Shown one piece after another: positions 48,199 to 49,418 of a stretch of DNA of 49,418 nt; position 1 is the stretch's first letter, and every line of letters begins with the position of its first letter. The position numbers and the translations under genes are program-made. The stretch is from contig JAADHQ010000052.1 of assembly GCA_013151795.1 (NCBI GenBank), positions 7,565 through 56,982 of the forward strand. The letters run 5' to 3'. Below the pieces are notes generated by a model, which worked only from the letters and a program-made list of their open reading frames with translations, made no database searches and was not told the origin of the DNA. The stretch is from Gammaproteobacteria bacterium. Lineage in GTDB: Bacteria > Pseudomonadota > Gammaproteobacteria > JAADHQ01.

Positions 48199-49418
48199 TT
48201 AGCCTGAAAAAATGCCTTTGAGCATGAAGAAAATTATAATAGCAAGGCCAGCACCTGCAGGCAGTGTTACGATCCATGACATAAAGATAGTGCGTACAAC
48301 GCGCATATTGACTGCCCCCATGCCTCGTGCAATGCCGACACCGAGTACAGCACCAACCAGGGTATGCGTTGTTGAAATAGGCAAGCCTGTTCCTGATGCA
48401 ATTACAACGGTTGTAGCCGCTGCCAGTGTAGCGGCAAAACCCCGTGGGTGTCAGGTCAGTAATGCCTTTACCGACAGTTGCGATAACGCGTTTACCATAC
48501 ATAACCAGACCGGCAATAATACCGACACCACCAATGGCCAGTATCCATGCAGGTAAAACCGCTTTTTGTGAGAGCTCCCCGGATTCGGCGATGCTAACAA
48601 CAGCCGCCATTGGCCCAACAGCATTGGCAACGTCATTAGAGCCGTGTGCAAATGCCATCGCGCAGGCTGTTACCATCATGAGTATGCCGAATATTTTTTC
48701 TACATTGGTGTAATGAAAGTCGCGGTCAGCATTTGGGTCTATTTTTATTTTGCCGATGGCATAATAACCAAAAAACATGGTTATAAAGCCAAAAATTGCT
48801 GCCAGTGAATAATTTTGTAATGCACTTGTTTCAAGGCCGATGTGTTTCAGGCCTTTGAATAAGGTTACCAGTGTTACAATAAAGCCAACCACAAACATAT
48901 ACATGGGAACATAACGTTTGGCATTTTTTATTGGATCAGGTGTCAGGAATATCAGTTTTTGTACGCTCATGAATAACAGAAAAGCAAGTACGCCAGACAT
49001 AATCGGTGAAACAATCCAGCTCGCAACAATAGTGCCAACCTTGGGCCAATGGATGGCGTCCAGGCCTATGCCGACAGCTGCAAAACCAACAATGGCGCCG
49101 ACGATAGAATGTGTGGTTGAAACCGGCCAGCCTTTTTTTGAAGCGATTAGTAACCAGATCCCTGCAGCCAGTAATGAAGACAGCATACCGTAAATAACAA
49201 GATCCGGACTGCCTGTCAGCATGTCGTTATCAAGTATACCTTTACGAATGGTCTTGGTTACTTCACCACCGGCGAGATAGGCACCGGCGAATTCAAATAT
49301 TGCGGCAATGATGATTGCCTGTTTTAATGTTAGCGCCTTACTGCCAACGGATGTTGCCATGGCATTGGCAACATCGTTTGCGCCAATTCCCCATGCCATA
49401 AACAAACCAAAGATAATT
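48199..49418 (-). pseudogene. PiT-family inorganic phosphate transporter. The 5' end lies beyond the window, and a +1 frameshift sits in a G4T4 run (plus strand AAAACCCC, 48436-48443).
   Basis: The N-terminal frame has GANDVANAM twice and reads up to GITDLTPT. The conserved continuation GFAATLAAATTVVIASGTGLPISTTHTLVGAVLGVG...stop (48199) is in another frame. Confidence 0.8.

Noticed and set aside
47360-49405. A genuine PiT-shikimate dehydrogenase fusion protein (681 aa)
   Set aside because: The linker is Cys/Arg-rich nonsense. The true PiT C-terminus is intact in another frame with its own stop 2 nt before the aroE ATG.
1-49418. Search for CRISPR arrays, tRNA/rRNA genes, prophage genes or known defence-system genes
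   Set aside because: No regularly spaced direct repeats, cloverleaf-like intergenic segments or recognisable nuclease/helicase defence modules were found. Apart from the regions described above, the intergenic regions are short.

Overview
This is a chromosomal-looking, visibly AT-rich segment. Its gene content and synteny fit a gammaproteobacterium, probably a sulfur oxidiser, although no taxon can be assigned from sequence alone. All family calls come from motifs and architecture read in the supplied translations; no database search was run.

Gene order:
- 1-2815: at least three tandem soxY-soxZ carrier-protein pairs, each with its own intrinsic terminator.
- 2919-5173: a carboxylesterase, a dihaem cytochrome c fused to DUF302, and a second DUF302 protein.
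- 5178-12341: a second-messenger block with class I adenylate cyclase cyaA, a degenerate GGDEF protein, a MazG-like protein, and a HAMP-PAS-GGDEF-EAL sensor.
- 12338-20544: Pseudomonas-like argH-algZ-algR-(thioredoxin-fold gene)-hemCDXY synteny.
- 20628-25348: ubiD and a fre-like ferredoxin reductase, separated by a carbonic-anhydrase-like gene, an orphan parA-like ATPase and a GC-rich inverted repeat.
- 25481-32152: two MscS channels, an MBL hydrolase, a deoxyinosine glycosylase, prlC and srkA.
- 32364-45253: the accessory-looking part, described below.
- 45276-49418: slyX, rsmJ (frameshifted), a gamma-CA-like gene, an RRM protein, aroE, and a frameshifted PiT phosphate transporter that runs off the window.

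The accessory part holds two small unknown genes and two clusters of interest:
- A four-gene exopolysaccharide-type cluster: a BcsB-like protein, a processive GT2 synthase with an N-terminal tandem MshEN c-di-GMP motif, a polytopic membrane protein and a periplasmic glycosidase.
- A tight operon encoding an outer-membrane protein, an exported CotH kinase and a TLC-like nucleotide transporter. It is transcribed divergently from an NPP phosphodiesterase lipoprotein.

These two clusters are the best candidates for an undescribed system. I recognised no rRNA, tRNA, CRISPR array, transposase, integrase or phage gene.
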